From: Azolla caroliniana
Lineage: Eukaryota > Plantae > Polypodiophyta
Direction of reading: 5' to 3'
DNA length: 64,000 nucleotides
Assembly: GCA_043228905.1 (NCBI GenBank)
Contig: JBHGNT010000022.1
Span: 3,472,001-3,536,000 of the forward strand
Positions 61,996 to 64,000 of this stretch are shown in pieces (the first letter of the stretch is position 1; each line of letters begins with the position of its first letter). Below the pieces are notes generated by a model that saw only the letters and a list, made by a program, of their open reading frames with translations, made no database searches and had not been told where the DNA came from. A program made the translations under genes and the position numbers.

Positions 61996-62578
61996 ACGAA
62001 GGCTATCTATCCCCTTTCCGACTTTTTCCGATCCTTCGGGATAGTGCGTCCGCTGCCGATTTCCTTGTTCGGTCCACCACAATTGCTCAACTCCTGTCGA
62101 CCACAATCATGTCACGTTGACGCACATTGCTCAACTCCTGTTGGAGTTAGAGCTTCCTGGCTGTCGTGCTTGCAGCAAAAATCATTTTCAGATTCCCCCA
62201 AGCATCCTTCGGAGTTCTTGCATCCCAAATGTAGCTTAATGGTTGTTCACTCACATAGGACGCGAAGCAATAGAGAACTCTGTTCGCCGATTGTTCCCAG
62301 GCTGGGAAGTCTCTGTGTGTCGATTGGGGTGCTGCATCATTTGCTCCATCGACATAGTTCTAGTATCCATGTCCGACCAGGTACTGGTGCATCTTGTATG
62401 ACCAAGATACATAGTTACTTCTGTCGAGCTTCTCAGTTGGAAGCGAACTAGCCATACCTCTATCCATTTTTCTTCCTCTCTGTTCTTCACCGAGATTAGG
62501 TTTTTGTTTCGAGCTTAAGTCGGCCTCTCGGTTTCCGCACCAATCCGGTCAATGTTGAGCTTGTATCTCAACAAAACT

Positions 62579-64000
62579 CTTGTATGTTCCTAATGGTTCT
62601 TGTCACCTTCGAGTAGTCCAAAACTATCATGACACATATACAGCTGGGCATTTTAGTAGTACTAAAACATTAGATTTAGTACAACGATCATTCTGGTGGC
62701 CCCATATGCGACAATTTGTTGAAGATTTTGTTCGGTCTTGTGATATATGTTGCAAAGCAAAAATGCCAAGGCATCATCCATATGGTTTATTAGAACCATT
62801 TCCAATTCCAAGCAGGCCATGGTAATCCATTGCTCTAGATTTCATCACAGATCTTCCGGTCTCTAAGGGATTCGATGCGATCTTACCAGTGGTAGATAGA
62901 TATACGAAGATGGCCCATTTCCTGCCATGTACTAAGGAAATCTCCAGTGAGGAAACCTCCGAAAATGTCATGCGTGAAGTATGTTAGCATCATGGCCTTC
63001 CCAATAGTATCATCAGCGATCGTGGAACCTAGTTCGTCTCGAAATTCTGGAAGCATCTCTTTAAAATGCTCAAGGTCACTTGTAACCTCTCCTCCGACTA
63101 CCACTTGCAAACAGACAGACAAGCAGAATGAACGAATCAAACATTGGGGCAGTATCTTCGGTGCTTTCTAAGCTATCATCAAGATGATTGGGCAGATATT
63201 CTCCACTTCGCCGAATTTGTGTATAATAACTCTATCCACTCATTGACAAAGGTTACACCATTTTATGCTTATACGGGTTGTCACCCCTGGTGGTGTGTAT
63301 TTGAAACCCCGGAGTTACCCACAAATCCTTGCGCAGAGGATCGTTTGGAGCAGTTACGCAAGATACAAGCGGATTTATCTACTCATCTACAACAAGCTCA
63401 ACAAACACACAAGGTTTATGCAGATCCTCATCGGCTTCCATCCAGTTTTAACATTGGAGATCGGGTATGGCTACTTCAACGACACATCAAGACTACTCGC
63501 CCATGCGAGAAGTTGGATTATCGGCGATTTGGTCCTTTCCGTATTATCGGAAAAATTAATGATGTCGCTTTTCGTCTCGATCTACCTCCACAACTTCGGA
63601 TACATCCGGTGTTTCATAGTTCTCTCCTCGAACCCTATCAAGACAGCATCATCCCAGGTCGTATTAAACAACCTCCACCCCCGATCAAACTTGAAGACGG
63701 ACCTGAGTACGAGGTTGCCGCCATCGTCGATTCCAAGATTGTTCGCAACAAGCTCTACTAATGATGTCGCTTTTCGTCTCGATCTACCTCCACAACTTCG
63801 GATACATCAGGTGTTTCATAGTTCTCTCCTCGAACCCTATCACGACAACATCATCCCATGTCGTATTAAACAACCTCCACCCCCGATCGAACTTGAAGAT
63901 GGACCTGAGTACGAGGTTGCTGCCATCGTCAATTCCAAGATTGTTCGCAACAAGCTCTACTATTTAGACGATTGGCTAGGATATATTCCCACCGAGCATA
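62579..64000 (+). pseudogene. pol: T integrase with GPY/F motif and chromodomain
   Basis: HDTYTAGHFS...FWWP...CDIC; DFITDLP; SDRG; KLDYRRFGPFRI; IHPVFHSSLL; EYEVAAIVDSK...YLDDWLGY. Confidence 0.9.
63557..63962 (+). repeat. 202-bp tandem duplication over the integrase C-terminus and chromodomain start
   Basis: TAATGATGTCGCTTTTCG... starts at 63557 and again at 63759. The copies differ by several substitutions. Confidence 0.9.

Larger units (their letters stand above)
53218..62573 (-). mobile_element. J: decayed copia element of a third lineage inserted in T; both LTRs partly deleted
   Basis: TG...CA ends with perfect TSD AAACT (53213-53217 and 62574-62578). Gag start MASSLPTEKLDRSNY at 62455, PR WYVDSGASNHMT, INT, RT LYVDD, RH YTDADW and NPVFHA. 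Confidence 0.88.
29634..64000 (+). mobile_element. T: Tcn1-like chromovirus (Ty3/gypsy) split by F and J; own sequence 29634-32608, 52385-53217, 62579-64000
   Basis: LTR, gag [32 protein letters not shown]...YLDD, RH DASDFALG, INT, GPF motif and chromodomain EYEVAAIVDSKIVRNKLYY. Protein is continuous across the TSD-bounded insertions (SMDPAK|VKMVVEW and DGLLFSKK|LLYVP). Confidence 0.92.

Noticed and set aside
13950-64000. flamenco-like cluster with uniform antisense orientation
   Set aside because: Orientations are mixed (B1, C', D, E, T, H, I plus; B2, C, F, G, J, K minus).

Overview
The whole 64 kb is a gene-free stack of nested plant LTR retrotransposons. The mix of lineages suggests a seed-free plant such as a fern, lycophyte or bryophyte (inference). 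No host gene, rRNA, functional tRNA or CRISPR array was found. Left to right: (1) a full-length, decayed Ty3/gypsy element with a tRNA-Trp PBS (E1, 191-8233); (2) an Athila-like gypsy element (A) with an extra 3' ORF; (3) two convergent copies of a Tnt1/Tork-like copia family (B1, B2), interrupted by LTRs of a second, CCGG-rich Tork-like family; (4) a second Athila-like fragment (A2) with a homologous 3' ORF and a solo LTR; (5) copia C, into which a Tcn1-like chromovirus (T, from 29634 past the window end) inserted. T hosts copia F (TSD CTAAG), F hosts G (GAAAC), and G hosts H (GGTTC) and I. T also hosts copia J (AAACT), which hosts K (CTTCC) and solo LTR L (ACGAA). H looks intact once an assembly-gap duplication is collapsed. 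Most interesting signals: a swapped Gag capsid domain separating old from young members of the CCGG-rich copia family; a -1 frameshift slippery site plus pseudoknot placed after the protease in E1; a tRNA-like A/B-box module and Tf1-style self-priming in the T LTR; a conserved extra 3' ORF in both Athila-like elements; and conserved LTR inverted repeats next to fast-evolving CCGG-based U3 arrays. All alignments and counts were done by eye, and lineage names are inferences.
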